A stretch of 64,000 bases of DNA from Rhina ancylostomus (lineage: Eukaryota): the NCBI GenBank assembly GCA_030265395.1, contig JARFYF010000017.1:41648209-41712208 (forward strand), given 5' to 3'. This document shows, in pieces, positions 50,021 to 63,010 of the stretch (positions are counted from its first letter, which is position 1; every line of letters starts with the position of its first letter). The position numbers and the translations under genes were made by a program. The notes beneath the pieces were generated by a model, which did no database searches, had not been told where the DNA came from, and was given only the letters and a program-made list of their open reading frames with translations.

Positions 50021-50580
50021 TCACAGCTTCTGCAGTGTGAAGATTCGTGAAGTGTTAAATAACCTAGCTTTTACTGTATGTGCCCCCAGCCATATTTTGA
50101 ACTGTTTGCACACTGGATGCTTGTTCGAGACAGTATCTGCAGTTTGTTTAATGGTGCTGCTCAATACGGCAAATAACAGAGATGGAGCCATCTGCAAAAT
50201 GCACGTTACTTAAGGCAGTTAACTCCCAACTGATACAACAATGTATCACAAGTCATAGTCTATGATACACACAGCTTTGGAAGATACACTTATATTCATG
50301 GTGCATGTAAAGCTCCCGCATGTAACACTTAAAAGTTGGCAGTGATGTAGGGCCTGGAGGAAGATTCACCCACAGAACTGTGTTTGTGCGCTCAGCTAGT
50401 GATGCTGGGAGGGGAGAAAATGAATGGACAGAAAATTGCAGGGTGGCAGGTGATCAAAAATCTGGGCTACTTGGTTTCATGGAGCTGCCAAGTTCTTCCA
50501 GTAGAGATGACAAGAGAAATCAATGCAATTGCAGTGGCTCAGTGCCAGGTTGGCAAAGAAGGCAGAAAGTGGAACCAACA

Positions 50581-51524
50581 GGAGTTGATTGCCATGTTCT
50601 CGCTCATCCACAAGCTCCAAGGCTCCAATCCAAGGTACGAACACAGTGCCTTCAACATCAGGCTGAAGCAGCACCTTCCACTGGATTGCAGTGCTTCAGT
50701 TGTCACGGGTGCCAGCCTGACACCACTGCTGCAATCCTAAAAGTAGTTCCAATGTCATGACCAGTTTCTAACCTTATTTAAGAACATTAGAAATAGAAGC
50801 AGCAGTTAGCCCCTTTGGCTTTTGTATCTGTCCTGCTGACCACTAAGAGTATGGCTGATCTTTTACCTCGGAACCACTTTCCTGCACTGACCTTGATACT
50901 TAAAAGCCGTTCGATCTCTGCCTTAAATGTACACAGTGGCCAAGCCTTCACGGCCCACTGGGTTGAGAATTATACAGATTCACTTCCCTCTGAGCGAAGA
51001 CATGTTACCCCATTTCTGTCCTGAAAGGCCAACCCCTTATTTTCAGGAGGGAAACATCATCTCCACATCTACCCTGCTGAGCCCTTTAAGAATTTTGTAT
51101 GTTCCAAGGTGAAGGGTCTCAGCTCAAAATGTCGACTGTTCATTTCCCTCCATAAATGCTGCCTGACCTGCTGAGTTCCTCCAGCTGTGTGTTCCAAGAG
51201 TCTCTTTTGTGGCACTTTATCAAAGGCCTTCTGAATGTCCAAGTGAACCACATCAGCTGTTTTGCCCTTATCATTCATTCTACTAGTTACAAGTTCCAAA
51301 AGCTCCAACAGATTGATCAAGACTGACTTTCTTTTCAGGAATTGATGTCAATTCTGCCCAATCGTATTATAATTTTCCAGGTGCCTTGATACCGTCACTT
51401 CCTTTATAATGGATTCCAGAGTTTTCCCTACTACAGATGTCAAGCTAACTTGTGTGCCCTGTGTTCATACCTTGGATTGGAGCCTTGGAGCTTGTGGATG
51501 AGTGAGAACACGGCAATCAACTCC
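50581..51524. repeat. 66-bp inverted repeat pair (50581-50646 / 51459-51524)
   Basis: 63/66 identical as reverse complements; 812-bp spacer. Confidence 0.9.
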
Positions 51525-51620
51525 ATTTCTCCTCTTTCCCTCCTTTTCAAACAGCAGGATTACATTTGCCGCCTTCCGATATGTAGGAGCCATTCTAGAA
51601 TACTTGGACTTTTGCAAGAT
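50780..51620 (-). mobile_element. CR1 fragments with nested Penelope arm (about 51108-51190)
   Basis: Minus ORF NLLELLELVTSRMNDKGKTADVVHLDIQKAFDKVP; tail agaacattagaaatagaagcagcag. Confidence 0.7.
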
Positions 51621-52335
51621 AACAACAACTGTTAATAATAACTGATAACACAAAAATAACAATATTCTCTGTGGTCATCTCTTTCTACACACCTGCTTTA
51701 AGTTACACATCATTACAGTGCCTGTTTTGTTTTAAATTGTATTTTCCTCTACAGTAAACCCCTCATTATCTAGCTGTGCTTGAACTGAGTTACCCGTCAA
51801 TCATACCACCCGAAATCCTCCACCTACCACTGCCCCCGGCCCCAAACCCGGATCTTCCGTGCAACCCGTTTAGCCAGCTGGAGCTCTGGGAAGTCGCCAC
51901 TGGACTGGCTGAAGCCCCAGGGCAGGGGNNNNNNNNNNNNNNNNNNNNNNNNNNNNNNNNNNNNNNNNNNNNNNNNNNNNNNNNNNNNNNNNNNNNNNNN
52001 NNNNNNNNNNNNNNNNNNNNNNNNNNNNNNNNNNNNNNNNNNNNNNNNNNNNNNNNNNNNNNNNNNNNNNNNNNNNNNNNNNNNNNNNNNNNNNNNNNNN
52101 NNNNNNNNNNNNNNNNNNNNNNNNNNNNNNNNNNNNNNNNNNNNNNNNNNNNNNNNNNNNNNNNNNNNNNNNNNNNNNNNNNNNNNNNNNNNNNNNNNNN
52201 NNNNNNNNNNNNNNNNNNNNNNNNNNNNNNNNNNNNNNNNNNNNNNNNNNNNNNNNNNNNNNNNNNNNNNNNNNNNNNNNNNNNNNNNNNNNNNNNNNNN
52301 NNNNNNNNNNNNNNNNNNNNNNNNNNNNNNNNNNN

Positions 52336-52415
52336 CCCAATCACACCGGCTCCCACTGCTGCACTCTCACACTCACCCAATCACACCGGCTCCCACTGCT
52401 GCACTCTCACACACA
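52336..52415. repeat. 40-bp minisatellite (2 copies visible, abuts a 407-N gap)
   Basis: cccaatcacaccggctcccactgctgcactctcacac(t/a)ca at 52336 and 52376. Confidence 0.85.
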
Positions 52416-53900
52416 CTCGGTCACTGGCACTCACACTTGCCAGTGTGCACTCTTGGCACATTCACTCAGACACACCTGCAGCCATTGCCACCTGCGCTCA
52501 GTCACACCATCGCCCGCTCCACCTGCAGCCGGGCTTGCAGAAGGACTGAACTGACAGCGCGACAAACCAATCGCCCTTCCTGCACAGAACCACTGATTAC
52601 TGCGAGCTGTCAGCCCGGCGTCCCTCGGCAAGCAGCAGACGTGTGCCCCATTTGCATGTTGCAGATCAGCCAGGACCTCTCCTCCCTCCTCCCGCCTGGA
52701 GACTGCCCCCTTCCCCATCGCAATTCCGGGCACACCACCCCCTGCTGCCCTCTCATTGTTTCCCTTTGAAGGGAGATGGCAGTTGGCAGCGTTCTCTTTA
52801 AGAGGAGAAACTCGTGTTGAATTTTCCATCACCGGCTATTCTTTGACGGCTTGTTTTTTTTTCGTTAACTCAACAGGGAACAGCACACGTTATTGTTCCG
52901 GGGAACGGGGAACGACAACCGCTGTGAAATCCCACGAGGGAGAGCGGAGGGAAGAAGTGCTTCTTCTGAATGGGGAAATTGAATACAGCGTTTGCTTCAC
53001 ACGCAGAGATCAATAAAGGAGATTGTTAAATGGAAGAGGGCTACTCTGCTGGAATGTTAAACCGCCCATCCTGATTTGGGGGGAAAAAAATAATGCGGTT
53101 GCATTAGCAGCACGTAAGGATCTGGTACGGATGCAAAACAGCTGGATCCCTCTGCTCCTCGGGAATCTTGCCTGGGACCGCGCCCAGCCCCTGTTAAGAT
53201 GAACGGCGCACTGCAGCAGCGAGTGGGAATTACCCCGAACGGCAACAAACCCGCGCTCCCGCCTTTTTTTATTAAAAATTTAAAAAAAACAGATTTTAAT
53301 TTGGTAGTTCTTTATCGATATAAGTTAATTGCCCCTTCTCCTTCTTTGCAATAACCTTCCATTACCCCCTCCCCCCGTCTATTTTATGTATAAATACAGT
53401 AATGTTTCCACCAGCCGGTTGGCCGGGTTCCCGGCCGCCGGCCACTCGCTCAGCCCCGGTCTCACACACACTGTCGCCGGGCAGGAGGGACGTGTGAGGG
53501 GGAACCTCGCTCCGCGCCCGTCCTCATCACCGGGTGTCAGGCGGATCCGTAAGTGTGCGTGCCTTCGGTTTTTTAAAAAAATAAATGGAAAAGTACCTTC
53601 TCACACTTCCAAGGGTTCCCCCTCCCCCCAGTTACATCCTGGTTCAGTCTCCCCCCGTGAACCGAGGAGGAGAGCGGCACGCAGGATCCGTGCCGGGATT
53701 TCTGTTCTGGGCGGAGTTTTTCCTAGATCCAATTTTCCTGACCGTAAAAAAAAAACCCGGAATATTTTGTTTCTTAAAGTACTTTATTACGATTGTGTGC
53801 CAAGCCTGTATAAAAAGAATTGTTTCTGCGTCAATCCACAGGGCCGACCCTGGGCCCCACGTGTTAGAATGACCGATTTAATTTACCTTGGAAGTTGTTA
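52340..53900. promoter_or_regulatory. CpG island / probable promoter
   Basis: Visibly CpG-dense (ccggttggccgggttcccggccgccggcc, cgctccgcgcccg) against a CpG-depleted background; free of transposon fragments; TATAAATA at 53389-53396. Confidence 0.75.
53420..53548 (+). other. Putative non-coding first exon of the next + strand gene
   Basis: TATA-like box about 30 bp upstream, GC-rich leader with no ATG, donor CC|GTAAGT at 53549. The start coordinate is approximate. Confidence 0.45.
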
Positions 53901-55939
53901 ATAAAGCTGAAAGTCGCTCCTTCTGTATTTTCTTATTTAAGAGACCCACCAAGGCAGGTGGGGGTGAGAGAGGGCATCAGGGAGCCATGGTGGGGCGCTG
54001 ACTGTCCCCTGCGTTAGAAGCAGGTTGATGGGAGGTTAGGGGGGTGAAGGGAGGGGGTTCCTCTGTTTGGAAGCCGGGTAGGGGGCGGGAGGGGAGACTG
54101 GAGGAACGAGTGAAAGTGTAAGCGCACAATTCTTGATTTAATGCGAGAGAGGTCATGTATAAGCAACCTTGAGGAAATGCAAAGTTCATGCAAGCACCCG
54201 TCAGTATTGTCACCAAAGTTGTCAGGCCGAGAGGGTGGAGGTTAGAAGCCAGATCTCGATTTATTAATTCAGGCTTCATTCCCATCTTAATCAGTGGAGC
54301 ACTGACAATTTGGTCTTCAGTATTCCGCAGAGAATGCTGCCTGAATCAATACGGTGTTGTTAAAAGACATTTAACCTAACAAGCCAAATTATTTATGTTT
54401 TTAATCTCTCTGCCTGAATAATTTCTTCATGTTAGACACAGTGTCCAATTTATAGAAGCCAATTGCCCTTGAGATTAAGTGCGGAGCAGTGAGATTTACA
54501 AAGCAAGATAATCATCTCATCAGATCCAGTCACCTGGTTATCAATCCAGGGAACAATGCTGGATGGAGGCCAGAGTTGTCCACTAGTCTCTTAACTTTGC
54601 AATTCTCAAATCAACAGGCTCCCTTCTCGCTTCACCTCACCCATTCTGTTCTTCAACTCCTGAAATCCATTCATCACCAGTGCTAATCCCACCTAAAGTG
54701 AACAGGGAGAGCAGGGTGGGCTGGTTTGCTATGACGTTCCCAACTATTTCCAACAATATAAAGCAGGTAATTTGATCCCTTTGGGTTGAATTTTTCTTAA
54801 TTTTATTTTCTCTTTATGGCTCTTTCTCCTGCATTTAGTGGGTATAAATCAGGAGGTTTTGCATTCCAAGAGAAGCATTTGTCATAAATCCAGGTTCAAG
54901 GTAAAGGGACCTACCAAGTAATTCCTATTATTTCTGATGCAGCAGGGGTTGATTTGTCTATATTGTCCTTTCCTGACCTGTGTAGGAGCCTGTGAGCTGC
55001 ACTGTGAGTCACCGTGTCAGCAGGAGTGGAGAAAGTGATTATTTAACTGAAGAAAGGTAAGCCTTGTGCCAAGAACAGGATGTCAAGGTGGAAGGTGTTG
55101 GAGGACGTGAACAGCTGGTGATTTTATGTGACACCAGGCCTGCAGGTCATGAGATGATGGAGAGTGATGTAAATAGCTGGAGGTTCTGAGGAACAGCAGT
55201 CTTACTTGCAGAGAGTGGAGATCAAAAGTTTAGTTTGGGAGCCACCACAATCATTGGAACGCTTTGGAGTTGTCTGTCTGACTCGAGAGGCCTTGTCTCC
55301 CATGTTCCACGTCCTATGTGATTCCTTTGACTGGCTCAAGCTCCTGTCTGCTCAGATCCAGCCTTGGAGTTTCCCCGAGAGCCTCAAAAACCCCTATATG
55401 TCTCAGGATGTATTGATTGTGTGGATTTTCCCTGTCTTTCCCAAGTCACAGACTTGTGGGATCATTGCACTATCGCTGAGTGTTGTGGGACCCCCTCATT
55501 ATCTCATGAAAATCCAACAGCTTCAGGGTCAATCTGTAACAGCAGTGCTAAGGAGGAGTGTGTTCAAATGGGAGACAAACCCTGGTTTAAATCCAGCAAA
55601 GATAATAACTTACGGAGAACTCATGTTTATTCTTCCTGAGTTGCTTTGGTAAGCACGGAAGCAAATTGTTGAGAAACAATTCCCATCTCCTGCTATTTCA
55701 AGAGCATAAACATGACCTGGAGAAAATTCCCTTTCCCATAACATACCAGCCAGATTTAAAACACAACACCATTCCTTCTTCTTCACAGAGTCGTGGAATT
55801 TCCCACCTCACACCCTGGGAGGTCCCAAGCAGTTGGTATCAGGACCACTGCTTCCTTTATTTTTATACCTTTATCAGATCCACAACCTCATCTGTTCCAA
55901 GAAGTTTAGGGCAAAATGTTCATACTTCCAGGTGAACCC

Positions 55940-56700
55940 AAGCTTGCAGGCCGAATGAACAGTGTTTAGATATGCTGATGGAATGGCTGGGCAAGTGAAA
56001 TTTAATGTTAAGATGTGTGAATTGTATCATTTGTATTGGAAGAATGAGAAGAGGCTATGTAAACTAGAGGGCAGAATTTGAAAGGGGTACAAGAACAGAG
56101 GTCTGGAGGTATACGTGAATACTCAGTTAAAAGTGGAAAAGGCGAATGTGATTCAAAAAAGTTCACTGGAAAACAGAATTGTAAATCGAGGTATTGAGTA
56201 CAGGAGCAAGGAAGTCATGGTGAAGCTTTACAAAATACTAGTTTGGCTACAGCTGGAATATTGTTGTCCAGGTCTGGGCACCACACCTTAGGAAGGATGT
56301 GAAGACTTTGAAGAGGGTGCAGAAGAGATTTACTGGAATGATTCAGGGATGAGGGACTTGGAACAAAGGATGTCACAAGGGGATATAACGGAGGTATTTA
56401 AAATAATGCAGGCAATAGGCAGACTGGTGGGAGGACATTTGTGGAGGAGCCAAGAACTCTAGGATGTAGAATGAAGGTAATTAGGTGAAGAACCAAAATT
56501 GACACCAATGAGTCATTCACGTCTGGAATGGACTTTCAAGGGCAGTGCTGGAGGCAGGTTCAATTGCAGTGCTCAGAAAGGAGCTGGATAAGTATCTGAA
56601 TTAGCAGGGCTATGGGGAGAGGGCAGGGAGTGGGATTAGCTGAATTTATATAGTGCCAGTATGCTTTCAGTGGGCTTCCTTCCCTGCTGTAGACATTCTG
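55940..56700 (+). mobile_element. Degraded CR1 RT C-terminus and 3' end
   Basis: gagtacaggagcaaggaagtcatggtgaagctttacaaaatactagtttggctacagctggaatatt..gagggtgcagaagagatttac. Confidence 0.7.
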
Positions 56701-59149
56701 CAGATACCTACCTCACGTGGACTGCAGTGCTTCAAGGAGGTAGCTCATAGCCGCCTTCTCAAGATCATCCAGAAGTGGGCACTAACTGGTGGCCTTGCTG
56801 GTGTCATCCACATTCTGGGAATGAAAGAGTAAAAACAGATTTTGTATTTTGGTAGTAATGATTGACAGCTTTTGTCCTACTGGACTTGCATCCCACATCA
56901 CCAGAGACATGAATTAAAATGTTGCTGCAGGCCATATTTCTTTATCATCCCTTTTTCCTGCCACATAAGCAATGGTTCATTTTGTGATGGGCATCTGCAT
57001 CTTGTTGTTAATTGTCTTAAGGTTAAAGATAAATACGGCAGAACATAAAATCAGGTAACTGAGATAAACCCACACCAGAATGTGAACAGCAATGGCAGGA
57101 GGACCATAGCCCAACATCCCATACATCCTATCCACTCTGGGACAATGATCAGAGTCCCCCTCATAACTGGGATGTGTAAGCCAGAGGAGAGGGAGCAAGA
57201 TGATAAAAGAATACAAATCTTTTGATGAAGAAAGCTGACTGACCCAATAAACCGAGTATGGACCAGTAGTGCCTTGGGAAAATGTCCAGAAAATTGTTGA
57301 CAAATACTATTTATGAAATGGGACACTCTGAACTTCATTAACCTATGGGGTGAAACAATTCGGCTGTCCACTCAATCTAACCTGATTTCTTCTTATCCTC
57401 TGAGTTGGCCAGAAGACATGATGTTGTTTTTTTCCAGTTCCTCTAGAGTGCCAGGTATCATAAACAGCCCTTGCAAACACATGATGGTTTATGACACCTA
57501 TTTTTGAGGCCCTTTGTTATCCCACAGGCAATGAATGGGTGTTTACGCTCAAGCTGAAATCAGGTGGAAACACCCTGGCGATTATTAATAGCAATAACAT
57601 TTTAGTGACACCAGGTAATTTATACCCGAGCAAGTGATACACAATTTCTAAATTGAGGCATTGACTTGTCAATGGAGAGGGAACTTCACCCTTACTCTAA
57701 CGTGCGTTGTCTTAAGCAGCTAACCCTCCTTGATGAACTTGAGGCAATGCTCATTCATCATTATTGGGTCAATGTCTTGACAGTCCCAACTCCAGTGGGA
57801 GAGCAATGCCTAAAGATCTGGCATATCTTCTGAATGACCCCAACTGGGCATTGATACTGCCAGTACCATTGTGTATGTATTCCAGGAACAAAGAATTGGA
57901 GTGACTCCTTGACTTCCAACTTTCAACCTATGTTAGAAATCAACATTTCTTCCACCACGGTCTTTGGGAAATCTCCACCAGCAACTGCACAACTAGTGTA
58001 TGTTCCCTTGCACTGCTGAGAAGTTTTTCATCTTGGTAGTTGTGAATACAGGAGATCTCTTTTCTATTGAGTGTTAAACTGTGGAGGACACAAAACTTAA
58101 CTCACTATATTCTGGAGAGATTAGAGTTCATTTCATAAAGAAGGACAATGTGCTACCTGACAGATGAGTTCAAAGTTGGTTTCAATAAGTTGGAAGAATT
58201 ATTTCTGTTGGTCGGTAACCTGATATCACTGGAGACCAAAGGAAGAAGTCTGGTGCATTGGTGTAAGCAGCTGGTTATTAAAATGTTGAAGGCCCAACCA
58301 GAAACTGTGGTGGAAACACAACCCGTAAAATTAGATAAAAAGTTGAAATAGAAGAAGCATTTAAATGGGGAATGGGCAAAGACTTGAAAGCTGTATCAGA
58401 GACAGGTGAACAGGGATGATTGCTTTCCATAAGTGCTTCTAGATTCTAAGATCCTAGCATAATCTCTCCTGTTTACTTGTACAACATCATTGATTGGACG
58501 CTCTCCAACGTTGAATAATCAACATTTCTTGTTTACGCGGGCTGTGTCCAATTATTCTTGCTTAATGTTCCAACACAGCTACAACTAGCTAACTGTACAT
58601 AAATAATTGGCATCATCAAAATATTTCATTTTCAGTTGGCTATTCTTAAAATTGTTTGTCTTCTGTCACCATCATCACATTATCGCATTAGTTTCTCAGT
58701 CATCAGTGTTGTATCTAATAGATTTCCCAGTTAATCAGCAAAGACAAATAGTCTTGGACATTCTCTTGCCATTGTGCATTGTTGTACAAAGTGCCCCCAG
58801 GGCAATCTCCAAGGGTTCAGGGACATTTTACTTTAGAAATTATTGTTGCAGAATCCCTATTTGTGTTTAACACAAAAGCCTGTATTTCTCTGTAACAGAG
58901 CATCAGTGGATAGAGAGAAATGTGAATCCACCCAATGAGGAGAACCCAGTTACATATATAATTCATTAAATCTCTGCTTGGCATGAGTCCCATTGCTCTG
59001 AAGTCAGGGGAGGGAGGAGGGGGGCAGTGACATGTGACTGCTGGCCAGCNNNNNNNNNNNNNNNNNNNNNNNNNNNNNNNNNNNNNNNNNNNNNNNNNNN
59101 NNNNNNNNNNNNNNNNNNNNNNNNNNNNNNNNNNNNNNNNNNNNNNNNN

Positions 59150-59430
59150 CAGGTCCCCCCTCATCCTCCGTCTCTCCAAGGAGAAAAGGCCGAGTTCCCT
59201 CAACCTGCTTTCATAAGGCATGCTCCTCATTCCAGGCAGTCTCCTCGTAAATCTCCTTTGCACCCTCTCTATGGCTTCCACATCTTTCCTGTAGTGAGGC
59301 GACCAGAACTGAGCACAATACTCCAAGTGGGGTGTGACCAGGGACCTATATAGCTGCAACAATACCTCCTCGGCTCCTATATTCAATTTCCCGATTGACG
59401 AAGGACAATACACCATATGCCTTCTTAACC
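59150..59430 (-). mobile_element. Young CR1 RT C-terminal fragment
   Basis: Open frame LLQLYRSLVTPHLEYCAQFWSPHYRKDVEAIERVQRRFTRRLPGMRSMPYESRLRELGLFSLERRRMRGDL. Confidence 0.9.
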
Positions 59431-59671
59431 ATGGGTCTTCTCAATTCCTTCCTTGTAATTTAAACAAAATTATTAAACACAATATTTTTATGGATTTTGT
59501 TTTAAGCTTTCTCTTTATTTGGACCAACATGCCTTTTTCCTCTTGATGTATCTAACTCTGCTTCAAAGTTTTTCATTTGTGTCTTAACCTGTGTTATGTG
59601 TGGCCCATAGAGGATGTGGTCAGGCTGGTTTCAGCCAGAAATCACTGATTAACTGGTTACCATTACATTTC

Positions 59672-60228
59672 TTTATTGATGCTCCGATAATGATTTGCAA
59701 ATGTGCTCCCTCCTTATGTTTTCTCAGCCCTTTCCTGCCTTTGTACAGCACACCATCCAAAGGCACCGCACCAGCACAAGCCAAGTTCGAGTAAAGCATC
59801 AGAACAGCATTCTGTAGTCCGTGTAACTGTGTGTTTGCTGTGAGGAAGCACCAACGTGTTGCCAGAGATTGATTTCTGCGGGACAGTAATGATTTTCTTA
59901 CAACTGTCTAATTTCGGCCCAGTGTCTCCTCCTGCCACTGGCATGCTGCCCCCTTCTGCCACTGGTCATAAACCCAGGATCTCCTGACTGTGGTTAACTG
60001 CTCACTACTGACCTACACAAGACGTCTAAACATGTCTCTTGCATATCTGCCAGTGTCAGCTGCCTGAATTGGGGGAAGTCTCTTCTGGTACTTTCTTCAG
60101 CTCTCCAGCTAGGCTTATGCTGGTGTTGTGCTTTTGGATGCTGTACTGTGCTGTACAGTGGCAGAGAAGGGATAAAGATGCATAAGGAGGGTGCATATTT
60201 GCAAAGGATCAATGGGACATCAATGAAA
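59672..60228. mobile_element. MITE-like element with about 120-bp diverged inverted arms
   Basis: 59672-59791 is an imperfect reverse complement of 60103-60228 (tttgcaaatgtgctccctccttatg vs cataaggagggtgcatatttgcaaa). Confidence 0.55.
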
Positions 60229-61849
60229 TCAGACTCAATACACAAAAAGTGCTGGAGGAACTCAGCAGGTCAGGCAGCATCCATGGAGGGAAATAAACAG
60301 TCGACGTTTCGGNNNNNNNNNNNNNNNNNNNNNNNNNNNNNNNNNNNNNNNNNNNNNNNNNNNNNNNNNNNNNNNNNNNNNNNNNNNNNNNNNNNNNNNN
60401 NNNNNNNNNNNNNNNNNNNNNNNNNNNNNNNNNNNNNNNNNNNNNNNNNNNNNNNNNNNNNNNNNNNNNNNNNNNNNNNNNNNNNNNNNNNNNNNNNNNN
60501 NNNNNNNNNNNNNNNNNNNNNNNNNNNNNNNNNNNNNNNNNNNNNNNNNNNNNNNNNNNNNNNNNNNNNNNNNNNNNNNNNNNNNNNNNNNNNNNNNNNN
60601 NNNNNNNNNNNNNNNNNNNNNNNNNNNNNNNNNNNNNNNNNNNNNNNNNNNNNNNNNNNNNNNNNNNNNNNNNNNNNNNNNNNNNNNNNNNNNNNNNNNN
60701 NNNNNNNNNNNNNNNNNNNNNNNNNNNNNNNNNNNNNNNNNNNNNNNNNNNNNNNNNNNNNNNNNNNNNNNNNNNNNNNNNNNNNNNNNNNNNNNNNNNN
60801 NNNNNNNNNNNNNNNNNNNNNNNNNNNNNNNNNNNNNNNNNNNNNNNNNNNNNNNATTAAAATACTTAAAACAACTGAAAACATTCAACTAAATAAACCA
60901 GTGAAATAAATGACCAGATACTCCCTTACAGCCTTTCTTCACCATAATAATGAATAGAGATGATGTTTCTTTTTCTAGTCTTTAACCTAGCACAAGTTCT
61001 TCAGGCAGATTCTCTATGTGCGTTTGCAAAGTGCTATGATTTCACTCTGCTGTTGGGCTCATGAGGAGTCCAGTGTCAGTAAGTAACCTGGAAAACGCTG
61101 GTGAAAACTGATTGGCAGGTTGAGGTTTTGTGTGCATCCGTGGCAATTAAAGTCTGGTGAGAACTACACTGGGAAAGGCCAAGACAAGTGATCCATGTTC
61201 AGATATTACCATCATCTTTTCGGGCGATGCTAAAAATGTAGTTAATGTAACAGCTCATCGACCTTGTATCTGAACCATTCTGATCAAAGGTCATTGATCG
61301 GAAATGTTAACGCCATTTCTTATTGATGCTGCCTGATCGACAAGAGTATTAACACCATTCTCTTTTTACTTCTGATTTCCAAACTCAACACTATTTTGCT
61401 TTCATATGTTAAAAAATACGTATGAAATGTTTGGCAAACTGTATTTTTGAAAGGAAATGAGCCCCATGTCATTGTCATTGTTATGACACCACATGTAAGT
61501 AAAAGGAAGATGTGTTTTGATGTTGTTTGCATTGCTGCCTTGTTCCCTCTGGGGATACGGGCCAGGGATTTTTTAAGCTGGGGATGGAATTCTTCTTGGT
61601 GATACCTGTACCTCCCAGGGTTGGAGCATACGTAATAATGACTGTGGCATGCTGGTTCCATGTTAGAGTGAGCTAGAGGGCCAGAAGCCATTCACTTAGC
61701 CCAAAGGGCAGTCAATGAGATGTCTTCTAGCTCCTTCTGGATGCCAAATTTATCCCTTGAAGACAGTGTTCCTCCTTTGGTAACGGCATGCAAGCCATGA
61801 TCTTCACTAGTGGCTCCACAATTGACCCAATTTGAGTTCGGGCAAATCT

Positions 61850-63010
61850 GTGTCATCCACCCCGTCACCACACTTTCCTCAACCTGTCTCACTGCAGTCC
61901 TGCATCACAGGTCCAGCGAACTTTCTGCTGGAGTGGAGCTAATCTACAGGACAAATGAGAAATTGTTCAGTCTGTGTCACCTCCACCCCTGAACCAAGGT
62001 CACCCCTCTGCCAGTCATCAAGCTGTAGAGTGCAGATGACGCCTGTGTCTGTTCACATTCAGAGGCTGAGCTCCGAGTTAATTCATTCACAAAAGCACAT
62101 AAGAGAATGGGCCAGATACACAACATCTGCAAACAAAAAAGGTTCTTTGTCAATCTGCCCCTGTTGTACAACACCACCCTTTGACAATAAAAATCCACAA
62201 TGAGGCCTGGAAAACAACTTCTTCCCATGTTTTGGGAGCCACTGTCTATATTTCTCATTTCTGACTGAAGACAGACATCAAAGATGAACTTCACCTTCAT
62301 GTGTGACCTTCTGAGGAAAATAGTTTTTGAAGATCAAGACCTCAAACCCAGTATAGAGCTCATCATCTACTGGGCCTCCTGTTTGCTCCTGGGACATGAT
62401 CTACCTGCATACAGCAAGCTACCAGCTACTTCAAAGCACCAAAAAGGTACCATCTATTCTCTAAATCCACTAGCAGGATAAATGAACCAGAACAGGAAAC
62501 ATTGGAAACACTCAGCAGGTCAGGCAGCATCTGTGGAAAGAGAAACGGAGTTAATGTTTCAGGTTGAACCAACGCCAGTGTCTTCTCCCAGGCCAACATC
62601 TCCAACAATGAAGCACTAATTGCACTCAGTCAGCTCCCATGTCAGGCCACATTGTTCACATGCCTGACTCCAGACTCTGGAAACAGGCACTCTGCTCTGA
62701 AGAGATCACCAGCTGTTCAACAAGAGATCACCAGGAGGCCAGAGGAAATGATTAAATGTTCTCAATGCCTCCTTTATAAAGCACGTCATCCCGATTTGAG
62801 TCTCTTACTCCAAACACAGAAAGAGCATTCTCAACGGCACAGTGAACCTTGAGTCTGTGCATGAGGAGCACAGAGAAGCCCAGCAGAAACAGCAGAAAGA
62901 CAGTCCACCACGCAAGCTACCCACCTGTTCACCTTGTCAAGTAACTCCTGCCCCACCTGTGGTAGGGTCTGCGGGTCCCACATTGATCTCATTAGCCACC
63001 CCAAAGTCCC
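61850..63010 (+). mobile_element. RTE-clade LINE RT/3' fragment, split by a Penelope arm (about 62485-62565)
   Basis: HSEAEL..FTKAHKRMG..KVLCQ..TIKIHNE..FPCFGS..LRKIVFEDQDLKPS; after the insert NASVFSQANISNNEALIALSQL..GHIVHMPD. Confidence 0.7.

Noticed and set aside
53329-53901. 190-aa ORF across the CpG island
   Set aside because: Non-ATG start, low-complexity GC-driven composition and no domain; typical of spurious ORFs in CpG islands.
56977-57371. Overlapping minus-strand ORFs with hydrophobic stretches
   Set aside because: No family resemblance or splice support; probably decayed repeat sequence.
16593-60909. Long ORFs in the track composed mostly of X (e.g. 23335-24268, 39390-40112, 41740-42417, 51776-52549, 60148-60909)
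   Set aside because: These are artefacts of translating N gaps.
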